Assembly (NCBI GenBank): GCA_050950165.1
Contig: JBMNHC010000001.1
Location: forward strand, 325,724 to 389,723
DNA: 64,000 nucleotides
Source: Candidatus Dojkabacteria bacterium
GTDB lineage: Bacteria > Patescibacteriota > Dojkabacteria > SC72
Direction of reading: 5' to 3'
Below the pieces are notes generated by a model. It worked only from the letters and a program-made list of their open reading frames with translations, did not search any database and was not told the origin of the DNA. Of the stretch, positions 18,810 to 28,597 are shown one piece after another; within the stretch, counting starts at the first letter, position 1, and every line of letters begins with the position of its first letter. Made by a program: the position numbers and the translations under genes.

Positions 18810-19358
18810 ATGGAAAACAAAGAGATAAAAGTACCTCCAATATTAAAAAATAAATGGATCTGGGCAATAGTGGTGGTAATTGCTGTTCTGATTATAGTGA
18901 TGAGTCTAACAGGTGAAGGTACTTCTGAGACAGGAGGAGTAGAAGAGAGTACCTCAAAAAACTCTGCAGATCAAAAGATATTTAATGACCAATTTGATAA
19001 TCTATGTGATAAGATAACAGGCTTGTATAGCTTAACAGGTACTGTCACTTGTCAAGATGATACGACTTGGACAAAGAACCATGAAATAAATCCAGAAGGA
19101 TTCCCTTATGAATATCGAGATATTAATGTAGATTTTGGTGAAGAAATTTCATACGAGATTAAGGTTGTTAGAAATCCAGACAATATTGAATACTTCAGAG
19201 AACACTATACTTGTAAAGAAATTAATGCTGGTTCTGGAAGCTGTATTGTTGATTTAGCTAAAGACAATATCATCTATTCAATAATTTTTTACAATCAAGA
19301 TGACCAAAAGGAGATTACTGAACTATCTGATGGACTAAAAACTATCCTCTCCAACTAG
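18810..19358 (+). CDS. Secreted or N-terminally anchored hypothetical protein
   Basis: N-terminal TM WIWAIVVVIAVLIIVMSL followed by a Cys-containing extracellular domain. Confidence 0.4.
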   Translation: MENKEIKVPPILKNKWIWAIVVVIAVLIIVMSLTGEGTSETGGVEESTSKNSADQKIFNDQFDNLCDKITGLYSLTGTVTCQDDTTWTKNHEINPEGFPYEYRDINVDFGEEISYEIKVVRNPDNIEYFREHYTCKEINAGSGSCIVDLAKDNIIYSIIFYNQDDQKEITELSDGLKTILSN

Positions 19359-19359
19359 T

Positions 19360-20067
19360 TTATAGTAATTCCATACTGTTGAAAATAGTACTTAAGGTCT
19401 TCAATTCTTCTGCAGTAGAACCTTCTTCAATTACTTGAATATATTTAGCCTCGTACTCTTTATTTAACTCTCCGTTTATATAAACCTTGTACGAAGGCCC
19501 TTGCTTAGAGAAAGAGAGTAGGTAACTCTCCTCGTTTACAAAGTAATTGCTATCTTCTGTGTTTTCATTAATCATAAGTACTCCATTTATACACCTAGCT
19601 TTTGTGCCAAAGAGAGATATATCTGAGTATTCACCTTCCTTAATTTCAATCTTCTCATATCCTTTTCCTTCCATCTCTTGTAAATACTCAGGACTAGAAT
19701 CAGGAAAAGCCTTAAACGAAGTAATTAGAGCTCCATAATCAGTAATAGCATAGATAGAAGATATTAATTTCTCATTGTTTAAGATATCTATTCTTGCTAA
19801 ACCCCGAATCTCTTCACTTTCATCTGCTACAGAATTAAAACGCCCGTAATAGCTCTCTGTTTTAATCTTCCAACCCTCTGGCAACTCTGCCTTTGCTTGA
19901 GATATTAAGTCTTTCCTTACAAAAATCTTTACTCCTTCCTCTCCATTTGTTTCTTGTGTATAGAATGGGTTTATACTCAACAGTACGGGAGAGGTGTACA
20001 GGAATACTGAAGTTAGAAGAAGTAAGAAAAGTGACAGTAATACATAAAACAGAGGCTTTCTTTTCAT
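19360..20067 (-). CDS. Secreted or anchored hypothetical protein; paralog of 20090-20887
   Basis: N-terminal signal/TM. Shares the PEGWKIK..YYG block with the neighbouring ORF. Confidence 0.45.
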   Translation of the reverse strand: MKRKPLFYVLLSLFLLLLTSVFLYTSPVLLSINPFYTQETNGEEGVKIFVRKDLISQAKAELPEGWKIKTESYYGRFNSVADESEEIRGLARIDILNNEKLISSIYAITDYGALITSFKAFPDSSPEYLQEMEGKGYEKIEIKEGEYSDISLFGTKARCINGVLMINENTEDSNYFVNEESYLLSFSKQGPSYKVYINGELNKEYEAKYIQVIEEGSTAEELKTLSTIFNSMELL

Positions 20068-20089
20068 AACTACTCTATAAAAATTTAAT

Positions 20090-20887
20090 TTATTTTAATT
20101 TCATACTCTTAAGTATCTCGTCTACAACTACCAGATCCCCCTCTGTTGCATCTGATGTTGAACCGAAGAAATATGCCTCACCTACATCTGTAGAATCCTG
20201 TGTAAAGCTAACCCCCTCTATAGAGATGACCCCTGGCATACAAGAAACTTCAAAATATTCATTACCATCTGTTTCATCTAAGTAGTACATAACTCCAACC
20301 CTTCTAAGTCTCTTTCCTAACCATTTTAGTTCTACATATTTAGAATTTGAGTAGTCAGTAATTTTTATCTCATCTTCTAGTTGATCTGCTGCAGATTGAC
20401 TCTTTTGTAAATGTTCAGGATTAAAATCAGAAAACTTTATATACGATGGACACCCTACAAACCCAATACCAGAAATTGCTCTTAATGAGAATACAGAAGT
20501 TTCTCCATTGAATATCTTTAATCCTGTTAAACCTGTATATTTAACTCCTTCTGCCAGTGTCTCTGAACCTTCTCCGTCATAGTATTCTTTAATATTCCAA
20601 CCTTCTGGCATTGTTGCTGTAAAAGTTTTACCTTTAAAAGAGATCTCTTTTACTTTAGCCTTGTTCTCCTGAGGTTGTTCTTCATCTATTTCTATAGTAG
20701 ATACACCCTCTTTCTTAAAAATGTCTACAGCATATTGTTTGTATGCCCAAACACCAAGAATTGCTGCAAGAAGAAGAATTGAGAAGATTACTCCTAATAC
20801 AAAAAAGAGAGTTTTGTTACTCTCCTTTTTGGGAGTAGGCGATTCTGTATGAGTGTTTTGTACAGAAGAGGCATTTGTGTTTTCCAT
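20090..20887 (-). CDS. N-terminally anchored hypothetical protein; paralog of 19360-20067
   Basis: TM LFFVLGVIFSILLLAAILGVWAY. The PEGWNIKEYYDG block parallels the neighbour. Confidence 0.45.
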   Translation of the reverse strand: MENTNASSVQNTHTESPTPKKESNKTLFFVLGVIFSILLLAAILGVWAYKQYAVDIFKKEGVSTIEIDEEQPQENKAKVKEISFKGKTFTATMPEGWNIKEYYDGEGSETLAEGVKYTGLTGLKIFNGETSVFSLRAISGIGFVGCPSYIKFSDFNPEHLQKSQSAADQLEDEIKITDYSNSKYVELKWLGKRLRRVGVMYYLDETDGNEYFEVSCMPGVISIEGVSFTQDSTDVGEAYFFGSTSDATEGDLVVVDEILKSMKLK

Positions 20888-20950
20888 AAGTACTTAAATA
20901 CAAAGATTATACATATTAAACCTACATTAGTATTTAGCAGAAATCAATAG

Positions 20951-21244
20951 CTAGAGAGGGGTAGGGCAGAGAGTCCCATCACTGCAATATTTAGTATTTT
21001 CTTCTGTACAGGTTTTCTCGCTACATACACTCTCTCCACTATGGCAGAAGCATATATTACATCCATCAGTAGCTTCATATATTTCTTTGTCTGCATATGC
21101 CCATCCGTTGTACTCACATCTTTTTGGTTCTATGAATATTTCTGTATTTTCTGTGTAGAAGATATAGCTGACTAAGCCTACGATGATAGTGCCTAGTGTA
21201 ATGGTTAGTCCTGTTAGAAAGTCTACTTTCTTTTCTATTTCCAT
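20951..21244 (-). CDS. Small anchored Cys-rich protein (97 aa; about 10 Cys in the last 55 aa)
   Basis: N-terminal TM, then CEYNGWAY...CNICFCHSGESVCSEKTCTEENTKYCSDGTLCP. Confidence 0.4.
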   Translation of the reverse strand: MEIEKKVDFLTGLTITLGTIIVGLVSYIFYTENTEIFIEPKRCEYNGWAYADKEIYEATDGCNICFCHSGESVCSEKTCTEENTKYCSDGTLCPTPL

Positions 21245-21331
21245 ATGTAAATATACAATATGGACAAAGATTGTACTAGAGAGGAGAGTTCTTAGATAGA
21301 CAAAGTATTTTACATTTCGTATATTTTAGAA

Positions 21332-21589
21332 ATGAAAATAACTATTTTTAAAAGAGAAAGTGACGGTGTAAAAGATATTAAGGAATTTGAAGTGAATTTT
21401 CTAGTACGATATTTTAAAGAGTTAAGTAAAAAAGACGAGGAGAAGATATATAGGGTTGTGAGGATAATAGATTCTTTAGGAAATGATGATATTGAAGAAA
21501 CTAGTGATAAAGATTATAGATTTCAAACAGATAATGATGAAGGAGAAAATCTGTTAGATGGCGTAGTTGTTAAAGGGGGTTCTGAATAA
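21332..21589 (+). CDS. Hypothetical acidic protein (85 aa)
   Basis: ORF only. Confidence 0.25.
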   Translation: MKITIFKRESDGVKDIKEFEVNFLVRYFKELSKKDEEKIYRVVRIIDSLGNDDIEETSDKDYRFQTDNDEGENLLDGVVVKGGSE

Positions 21590-21703
21590 AGGTGTAAAGG
21601 AAAATCTGTTTACTTAAAAATATCAGAAATAAAACCTTAAGGGACAAATAGAAGTAATAGTGAAAGAGGAAGTTCCTCTATTCGTCCCCTGGGAGATATC
21701 CAG

Positions 21704-22963
21704 CTAAATAGCTCTAGAGAGATTTACCTCATGAGCATATCCGCATGGTTTAAGACAAGTGTAATCGGGGAATGCACATCTGGGTTTCCCTAGATATTGG
21801 GATAAGTATGATTGTAGTTCTCCCTGAGCTACTGTGCAGTATTTCTTAAGTGTTATGATAGTTCTGCACATTATCTCTGGCATTGCATTGGTGCAAAGCC
21901 TCTCTTTAGATTTAAGCAGGAAATTCTCTAGCGTTCCCTGCTCCAAAATTTTTACTAGTTGTCCTTGTGGGTAGAGTTCTTTAACTTTCTCTATATCACT
22001 AAGCCAGAGGTTCATATACTCTGGGAAGAGAAATAAAATAGTGGGAACAAAAACTTTGAATTCGTGGGGAATAAAGATTTGGTAATCTAAAGTCCGGTGT
22101 CGGTGAGCTTGCGCTAATAGTGCAAAGCTACCGTAGTAATTTGTTGAGTATGACAGGGAGAAATGTTCTTCCCATCTCCTTTTCTCTTCCTCTGTTGCGA
22201 AGAGAGACAGTCTCCTCTCTTTTTCATTTCTTTGCAAACGTGGCTCGAGAAGATTTAACATCTTAAGTTGCTCGATAAACTCCTTGATATAAGGAGTTAG
22301 TCTTGCACAGAGAGGGTGTTCTGTCCACTTCAGATAGTCCTTTAACCATCCTACAATCCTGTTAAGTTGCCCCAGAGGGACAGTGTAGATTAAGTTCGTA
22401 GGAACGAAAATAGAAATAAAATATCGAGCATTTTCCATTGCAAGTTTTTCAATTTTACTAGGAGTAAACCGGTCTGGATATCTTTGTTTAATCAAAACTC
22501 CCAGAATAGTGATCCACTTGTTGTATAGTTCAGCCTCGATGGTGCTAACCGCCGATGTATCTATTTTCGTGTACCGGGCTGACCTTTCACTTGTTGTGTA
22601 CTGATGTTCGTTATTCAGTACCATTGCCAAGATTTTTGGCATATTACAGATATTTAAAGAAATTTGGACATGGTCATAGAGACTATGGTGTCCAGAATCC
22701 AGAGTCAAGTTAACTCTTTTTTCTGTTTTCTTTGGGTCTTCGCCCTGCAACTTTTCATAGTCCTCTGGACTATAACAGATTCCCCCAATTCGACCGCAGG
22801 TCCTAATAGCAGTGTTTAGATCAAAGGTCCCATCGTTCCTCAAGAAGTTTGTTGTCGGTAGAAGGGATACAGTAATCTTGTTATTCATTTTTCCTCCAAA
22901 AGTTTGTTTTGTGATGTGCCTATTACTTCTATTGTTAATGAGCTGGTATTTAAACCAGGACAT
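21704..22963 (-). CDS. ThyX-like (flavin-dependent thymidylate synthase fold) protein with a divergent active-site motif and a C-terminal extension
   Basis: SGHHSLYDHVQISL parallels the ThyX GHETPFEH block. NNEHQYTTSERSARY parallels RHRIASYNELSGRY, but RHR is replaced by NEH. 419 aa versus about 220-250 for ThyX. The start may be the internal M at about 22888. Confidence 0.4.
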   Translation of the reverse strand: MSWFKYQLINNRSNRHITKQTFGGKMNNKITVSLLPTTNFLRNDGTFDLNTAIRTCGRIGGICYSPEDYEKLQGEDPKKTEKRVNLTLDSGHHSLYDHVQISLNICNMPKILAMVLNNEHQYTTSERSARYTKIDTSAVSTIEAELYNKWITILGVLIKQRYPDRFTPSKIEKLAMENARYFISIFVPTNLIYTVPLGQLNRIVGWLKDYLKWTEHPLCARLTPYIKEFIEQLKMLNLLEPRLQRNEKERRLSLFATEEEKRRWEEHFSLSYSTNYYGSFALLAQAHRHRTLDYQIFIPHEFKVFVPTILFLFPEYMNLWLSDIEKVKELYPQGQLVKILEQGTLENFLLKSKERLCTNAMPEIMCRTIITLKKYCTVAQGELQSYLSQYLGKPRCAFPDYTCLKPCGYAHEVNLSRAI

Positions 22964-23149
22964 TGGGGCTATTATATTACTAATATTTTTATATTACAAA
23001 TCTACTTGTTACAGACAGCTTTTCTCATATTCAGCACAAGACGACACATTTATTTCTGGATTTGATATACTTAAACACTCCCCATAATAACTTCTTAATT
23101 TCAAACGATGACAGAGATTCCAGAGTTAGGGAAATAATCTAAGGAAATT

Positions 23150-23602
23150 TTGGGAGAATATCCAGGACCGTTGATTAAAGATCCTGAAGAGATTAAAAAC
23201 TTATCGGAGTTTGCTCTTTTCTATCATATAAATAGGTTTTGGTATGATTATAATTGGCTAATGTATCGATGGTATACTGGTCGTAGTATGGCATTGGAAC
23301 CGGGTTTTGTAGAAGATGTGAATGAGGTTATCTATGCAAAATATTATTGTATCGAACAAACAAAAAAGTTTGGACTAAACCCAAGAACTTTTGTGGAAGG
23401 AAGAGTTTACGGTTTATCAGAAGATTTCTTAAAGTGGTATTGTTTTTATAAAAACTTTTTAAAAAACACATTAACAACAGAAGAGAGAACAACACTCTTA
23501 CATGCGTGGGATACGGGAGATACTATTCCAGAATTTTTACCCTCAGGAGATTGGCAGAATTATGAAGTAACTCCTGAAGAAAGAGAGGACTTACAATCGT
23601 AA
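23150..23602 (+). CDS. Hypothetical protein (150 aa, W/Y-rich)
   Basis: ORF only. Confidence 0.3.
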   Translation: MGEYPGPLIKDPEEIKNLSEFALFYHINRFWYDYNWLMYRWYTGRSMALEPGFVEDVNEVIYAKYYCIEQTKKFGLNPRTFVEGRVYGLSEDFLKWYCFYKNFLKNTLTTEERTTLLHAWDTGDTIPEFLPSGDWQNYEVTPEEREDLQS

Positions 23603-23739
23603 TTTCTGTTTTTTTATAACTATTCTTTATCTATAAAGTCAGTAATTTCTATCTCTATACTTTTACATTCATTAACAAGAAGAGCGTTTGTTACAAGATT
23701 AAAGCTTAATATTTCATAAAAGATATTTGGGATAAACTA

Positions 23740-23828
23740 CGGAGAGGGAGGGATTCGAACCCTCGGTAGACTTTTAGATCTACGACTCGTTAGCAGTGAG
23801 TTCCTTTCGACCACTCAGGCACCTCTCC
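23740..23828 (-). tRNA. tRNA-Ser (anticodon GCT)
   Basis: The reverse complement folds as GGAGAGG acceptor, anticodon loop CTGCTAA, long variable arm, GGGTTCGAATCCC T-arm. Confidence 0.75.
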
Positions 23829-23894
23829 TAAACCTTGTAATTATACCATACCTTTGGTGTAGATATAGATTGTAATTTCCTCTAAAATACTACT

Positions 23895-24764
23895 ATGTAC
23901 TTAGGAGCACATGTATCTTCAGGGGGAGGAATAGAGAATGCTGTAGCAGAAGGGAATAAGTATGAGATAAACAGCATACAGATGATGCCAACTACCCCTA
24001 TGAGATGGGCAACAAAAAAGATAGACGATGAAAGTATTGAGAGATTTGTAGAAGCTCTTAAGAATAGTGTTGTAAAGAAGATTTTAATACACGGAATATA
24101 CCTTACTAACTTAGCAAGAGAAGATAAAAAGCTGTTTCATTTGGGTAAAATGGGTCTTGCAATATATCTAGATTTTGCAAATAGAGTAGACAGTTTAATT
24201 AAGAAAAAAGATTTAGATGTAGAGATATTAGGAGTATGTTTCCATCCTGGATCACAGAAAGAACTTAACTATGAAGATAGCTTAGAGAGAATCTCATACG
24301 GTATTGACTGGGTATTTAATGAAGTAGGAGGTAAACAGTGGCTGTTAATTGAATCTACTGCAGGAACAGGTGGAAATATGGGAAGAAATTTTACTGAGTT
24401 AGCAAAGATTAGAGAAGGCGTAAATACTAAAAACAGAGTAGGCTTTGTATTAGATACTCAACATACATATGCTGCTGGATATGATTGGGTAAATGAGATA
24501 GATAGTGTTGTAGAAGAGATAGGGGAAACACTTTCGTTTGAAAGAGTAAAAGCCATTCATCTAAATGACTCCATGACAGCACTTAATTCTAATAAAGATA
24601 GGCATGCTAATTTAGGAGAGGGAAAGTTAGGTAGAGAAACTATTAAAAATATTCTAAAGAGAAAAGAGTTTAAAAATATACCTTTCATTCTAGAAACACC
24701 TGCACTAAAGAGTGCATCTACAATGGGTAAGGAGATAAAAATTTTAAAGGAGTTAGCTAAGTAA
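23895..24764 (+). CDS. nfo: Endonuclease IV (AP endonuclease, TIM-barrel)
   Basis: MYLGAHVSSGGGIENAV, HGIYLTNLA and IHLNDS blocks are characteristic of Nfo. Confidence 0.8.
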   Translation: MYLGAHVSSGGGIENAVAEGNKYEINSIQMMPTTPMRWATKKIDDESIERFVEALKNSVVKKILIHGIYLTNLAREDKKLFHLGKMGLAIYLDFANRVDSLIKKKDLDVEILGVCFHPGSQKELNYEDSLERISYGIDWVFNEVGGKQWLLIESTAGTGGNMGRNFTELAKIREGVNTKNRVGFVLDTQHTYAAGYDWVNEIDSVVEEIGETLSFERVKAIHLNDSMTALNSNKDRHANLGEGKLGRETIKNILKRKEFKNIPFILETPALKSASTMGKEIKILKELAK

Positions 24765-27700
24765 TGAATATTAATTTAAACGAAAAACAGAAATTAGCTG
24801 TACAGCACAAAAGAGGACCACTCTTGATTATAGCAGGAGCAGGTACTGGTAAGACTGCTGTAATTACAGAAAGAATACTCCATATCATTAACAAGAAATG
24901 GGCTAAACCGAGTGAAATATTAGCATTAACATTTACAGACAAAGCAGCAGAAGAGATGTTAGTTCGTGTAGACGATGGTCTACCTCTTAGCTACAGTGAT
25001 GTGTGGATCTCTACATTTCACTCTTTCTGTGATCGGATATTAAGAGAGGAGGGTATGTATATCGGTATAGATACCAATTATTCAATGATGTCTGCAGCAC
25101 AAAGCTATATCTTTTTTAGAAAGAATCTTTTTAATCTTTCTCTTAAAAAGTTTAGACCTCATTCAAATCCTACCAAATTTATTAACGATATCCTTAAGCA
25201 CTTCTCTAGATTACAAGATGAAGATATCTCTCCTAAAGAATATCTTGCTTTTGCAAAGAGTCTTCCTAAGAGAACAAAAGAGCAGAAAGAGGAATATGAG
25301 GACACCTTAGAATTAGCTACGGTATATGATGAATATTCTAAACTTAAAGTAGAAAATTCTAAGGTAGATTTTGGAGATGTAATTGTTCTAGTGATTAATC
25401 TCTTCAGACAGAAGCCTAACATTTTGAAGAAGTATAGGGAGAAATTTAAATATATTCTCATCGATGAGTTTCAAGATACCAACTATGCACAAAATGTATT
25501 AGTTAATATTCTCTGTGGTCTAGATCCTAAAAAGAAAGGGAAAAAGACACCTAATCCTAATTTAACTGTAGTAGGTGATGATGACCAGGCGATATACAAG
25601 TTTAGAGGGGCAGCAATATCTAATATTTTGCAATTTAAACAGCTATACCCTAAAGCAAAAGAGGTTGTGTTAGTAGAAAACTACAGATCTAGACAAGAGA
25701 TTTTAGACGCCTCTTACTCTTTAATATCTCACAACAACCCTTACAGATTAGAAGTGACGGAGAAAGTAAACAAGAAGCTTCTCTCTGTTCTCTCTTTTGA
25801 TAAAGATGATGATGTCGTTTCATTAGTAGTTGCAGAAGATGAGGATAGTGAGGCAGAGTGGATTGCGAAGGAGATATTAGAGTTAACAGGACATATTGAT
25901 CAGAATGTTGCAGATAGGGCACAGAAATTCGATAGAGAAGGGCAGTCTAGCTTTGTAGAGTTAATTCCAGATAGGAAGTATAACTTCTCGGATATTGCAA
26001 TATTAGTAAGAGCACATGCTCACTCTGATTTAATAGTTAAGAACTTGAGATATCTAGGTATTCCATACAAGATGGGAGGACAGAGAGGACTTTTTGTAAG
26101 AGATGAGATTAAATATCTAATTGCTTTCTTAAAAGTCTTAGTAGATTACAAAGATGAAGTATCTCTTTACAAGCTTCTAACTTTACCTTTATGGAATATA
26201 TCCGCAAGAGAGTTTATCGAGATAAATAGGGGGGCAAGAAACAACAAACTCTCAGTATTGGAGGATATAGAGCAGAAGTTGGGCTTTAAGATAGGGGAGG
26301 TAGGTAAAGATGAGATAGATATAGATAGTAGTAATGCTTTGAATAAGATTCTCTCCAATGAGGCAAAGGAAGGCCTTTTGCTTCTTCTAAATATTCTTAA
26401 TGAGAGTTTTAAGAATATTAAAGATGGAAGAAGTAGTGGAGAAATACTTTACAATTTTGTTACAGAGAGTGGGTACATAGATAGTTTACTAAAGAGTGAA
26501 GATGAGCAGAAAGAGTTTAAGATTTCAAATATCTCTAAATTCTTTAACTCAATACAGGAGTATGAGAAAGAGAACAGGGATTCAAATATTTATGAATATG
26601 TAGATTTTATTGACTACAGTATTGAAACGGGAGACTCTCCCCTAGTTGATCAGATGGAGATGCCTGAGTATGATGCGGTTAATATTTTAACTGTGCATGG
26701 TGCTAAGGGTTTAGAATTCCCATGTGTATTTTTAGTAAATTTGGTATCAGATAGATTCCCATCTCAAAGTAGAAGAGATGCCATACCTATTCCAGATGCT
26801 TTAATTAAAGAATCTCTCTCAGGTCTGGATGAAAAAGAAGAACACTTGCAAGAAGAGAGAAGACTGTTCTATGTAGGAGCTACTAGAGCAAAGGAAAAAT
26901 TGTTCTTAACTGCTGCAAATTACTACGGTACTGCCAAAAGGAGAAAGAAAGGGAGTATATTTCTCTACGAACTTTTGGATAGAGACATATCTGAAGATTT
27001 TGATAATCCTACAATTCTTAGAAATGACTCTCCAGGAGCGATGTACGAGGAGAGAGAAAGTATTGAACCTAAGAGTGTGAAGATAGAGAGAGGTAAGAAG
27101 CTTAGCTACTCTCAAGTTAGTATGTATCAAAATTGTCCCAAGCAGTATGAATATGCATATATTCTTCAATTACCAACTAAACCTAACGCAGCTCTCTCTT
27201 TCGGTATTACAGTTCACAATGCTCTTAGAGATTTCTTTAATACTGTTAAGATTACAAAAGAAGGGTTAGGACTTGCTGCACTACCTACCGAAGAGAATTT
27301 GCTTTCTCTTTTTGAAAAACATTGGATATCTGTAGGGTATGAAAGTAAGAAACATGAACTAGAGAGAAAGAGAAGCGGTAAGGAGATGATGAAAGAGTTT
27401 TTTAGGAAACTGTATAACGAGAATCAGAATCCTTACAGACTAGAGGAAACATTCACTATACCTCTTAAGGAGGGCCTGTTTGTAGGGAAGATAGATAGGA
27501 TGGATCTAGTTGAAGTTAAAGATGGCGTTGCTCATGTAGAGCTTGTAGATTACAAAACAGGTAAAGAGAAGAGTAGTGCAGATATGAAAAAGGATTTACA
27601 ACTTGCTCTCTACTCTATATTTGCAGAGCAGGCTTTCGGAGTTAAAGTAGTAAGTGCTAAGTATCTCTTTGTTGAGCATGGGAGTGAAGTAGAGGTAGAT

Positions 27701-27847
27701 ATTTCAGAAAAGAGAAGAGAGGAGGCTTTAAAAAATGTTAATGAGGTAATTGCTGGTATCAAAGAAGGTAATTTTATTGCTCTACCAGATATGTTTGGGT
27801 GTAAATATTGTGACTTTAAACATATATGTGAAGATGCTATTTTATAA
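24764..27847 (+). CDS. UvrD/PcrA-family helicase fused to a C-terminal RecB/Cas4-like PD-(D/E)XK nuclease with a 4-Cys cluster (AddA/AddB-like)
   Basis: Walker A GAGTGKTAV and helicase motifs (DEFQDTN, VVGDDDQAIYKFRGA, TVHGAKGLEF). The C-terminus has GKIDRMD...ELVDYKTGK, QLALY and C...CKYCDFKHIC. The start ATG overlaps the nfo stop. Confidence 0.8.
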   Translation: MNINLNEKQKLAVQHKRGPLLIIAGAGTGKTAVITERILHIINKKWAKPSEILALTFTDKAAEEMLVRVDDGLPLSYSDVWISTFHSFCDRILREEGMYIGIDTNYSMMSAAQSYIFFRKNLFNLSLKKFRPHSNPTKFINDILKHFSRLQDEDISPKEYLAFAKSLPKRTKEQKEEYEDTLELATVYDEYSKLKVENSKVDFGDVIVLVINLFRQKPNILKKYREKFKYILIDEFQDTNYAQNVLVNILCGLDPKKKGKKTPNPNLTVVGDDDQAIYKFRGAAISNILQFKQLYPKAKEVVLVENYRSRQEILDASYSLISHNNPYRLEVTEKVNKKLLSVLSFDKDDDVVSLVVAEDEDSEAEWIAKEILELTGHIDQNVADRAQKFDREGQSSFVELIPDRKYNFSDIAILVRAHAHSDLIVKNLRYLGIPYKMGGQRGLFVRDEIKYLIAFLKVLVDYKDEVSLYKLLTLPLWNISAREFIEINRGARNNKLSVLEDIEQKLGFKIGEVGKDEIDIDSSNALNKILSNEAKEGLLLLLNILNESFKNIKDGRSSGEILYNFVTESGYIDSLLKSEDEQKEFKISNISKFFNSIQEYEKENRDSNIYEYVDFIDYSIETGDSPLVDQMEMPEYDAVNILTVHGAKGLEFPCVFLVNLVSDRFPSQSRRDAIPIPDALIKESLSGLDEKEEHLQEERRLFYVGATRAKEKLFLTAANYYGTAKRRKKGSIFLYELLDRDISEDFDNPTILRNDSPGAMYEERESIEPKSVKIERGKKLSYSQVSMYQNCPKQYEYAYILQLPTKPNAALSFGITVHNALRDFFNTVKITKEGLGLAALPTEENLLSLFEKHWISVGYESKKHELERKRSGKEMMKEFFRKLYNENQNPYRLEETFTIPLKEGLFVGKIDRMDLVEVKDGVAHVELVDYKTGKEKSSADMKKDLQLALYSIFAEQAFGVKVVSAKYLFVEHGSEVEVDISEKRREEALKNVNEVIAGIKEGNFIALPDMFGCKYCDFKHICEDAIL

Positions 27848-27885
27848 CTGATTTAATATATTGAGATTTTCTTGTATAATAACGA

Positions 27886-28212
27886 ATGTTTATGATAACT
27901 ACAAAAATTTATGCAAATTCACTAAGTGATGCCCTAAGTGGTATTACAAATATGTCAGAGGCATCTACGGTAGGATCTTTTACAGATTCTGTCCTCTCTA
28001 TTGCTATCCCTTTAGCAGTATTTTCAGTAGTTGTCCTGCTAGCTTTCTCTGCTTATCAACTAATGACAAGTAAGGGAGATCCTGATAAATTAAAACAAGC
28101 AAAAGAGGTAATTACTAATGCAGTAATTGGTTTTCTCTTTATACTAATGTCTGTTGCTATTTTAATATTCTTAGGTAAATTGTTTGGTGTAGATATTACA
28201 AGTGGAAGGTAA
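27886..28212 (+). CDS. VirB2/TrbC-like two-helix pilin paralog 1
   Basis: Helix-loop-helix core AIPLAVFSVVVLLAFSAYQLMTSKGDPDKLKQAKEVITNAVIGFLFILMSVAILIF. Confidence 0.45.
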   Translation: MFMITTKIYANSLSDALSGITNMSEASTVGSFTDSVLSIAIPLAVFSVVVLLAFSAYQLMTSKGDPDKLKQAKEVITNAVIGFLFILMSVAILIFLGKLFGVDITSGR

Positions 28213-28531
28213 AAAGAAAAATATAATTCCTTTAGGGGTAACAATAGGGGGGTATGAGATAACAAATGTACCTGTTTTTAAATGGGATTTCTCTTCTGTA
28301 GAGGGAGTTTTAGTTTTTGTTAAGTTTCTTTTTAATACCTTTATAGGTTTATCTGCATTAGTTGCAGTAGCTATGATTATATATTCTGGCTATCTTTTCA
28401 TTACATCAGCAGGTGATGCAGAGAAGATAGAGAAAGGAAGAAAAGGATTAACTGCCGCTATTGTAGGTATGTTTATCGTCTTTATTGCAAAAGCATTAGT
28501 TCTTTTCTTACTAGAGGAGATTCTAGTTTAA
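28202..28531 (+). CDS. VirB2/TrbC-like two-helix pilin paralog 2
   Basis: LSALVAVAMIIYSGYLFITSAGDAEKIEKGRKGLTAAIVGMFIVFIAKALV. Confidence 0.45.
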   Translation: MEGKKKNIIPLGVTIGGYEITNVPVFKWDFSSVEGVLVFVKFLFNTFIGLSALVAVAMIIYSGYLFITSAGDAEKIEKGRKGLTAAIVGMFIVFIAKALVLFLLEEILV

Positions 28532-28597
28532 GATGTTGCAATGATTTTATTGTTAGCATATAATTGGGAGCTAAATATAAAATATTAAATATAAAAA

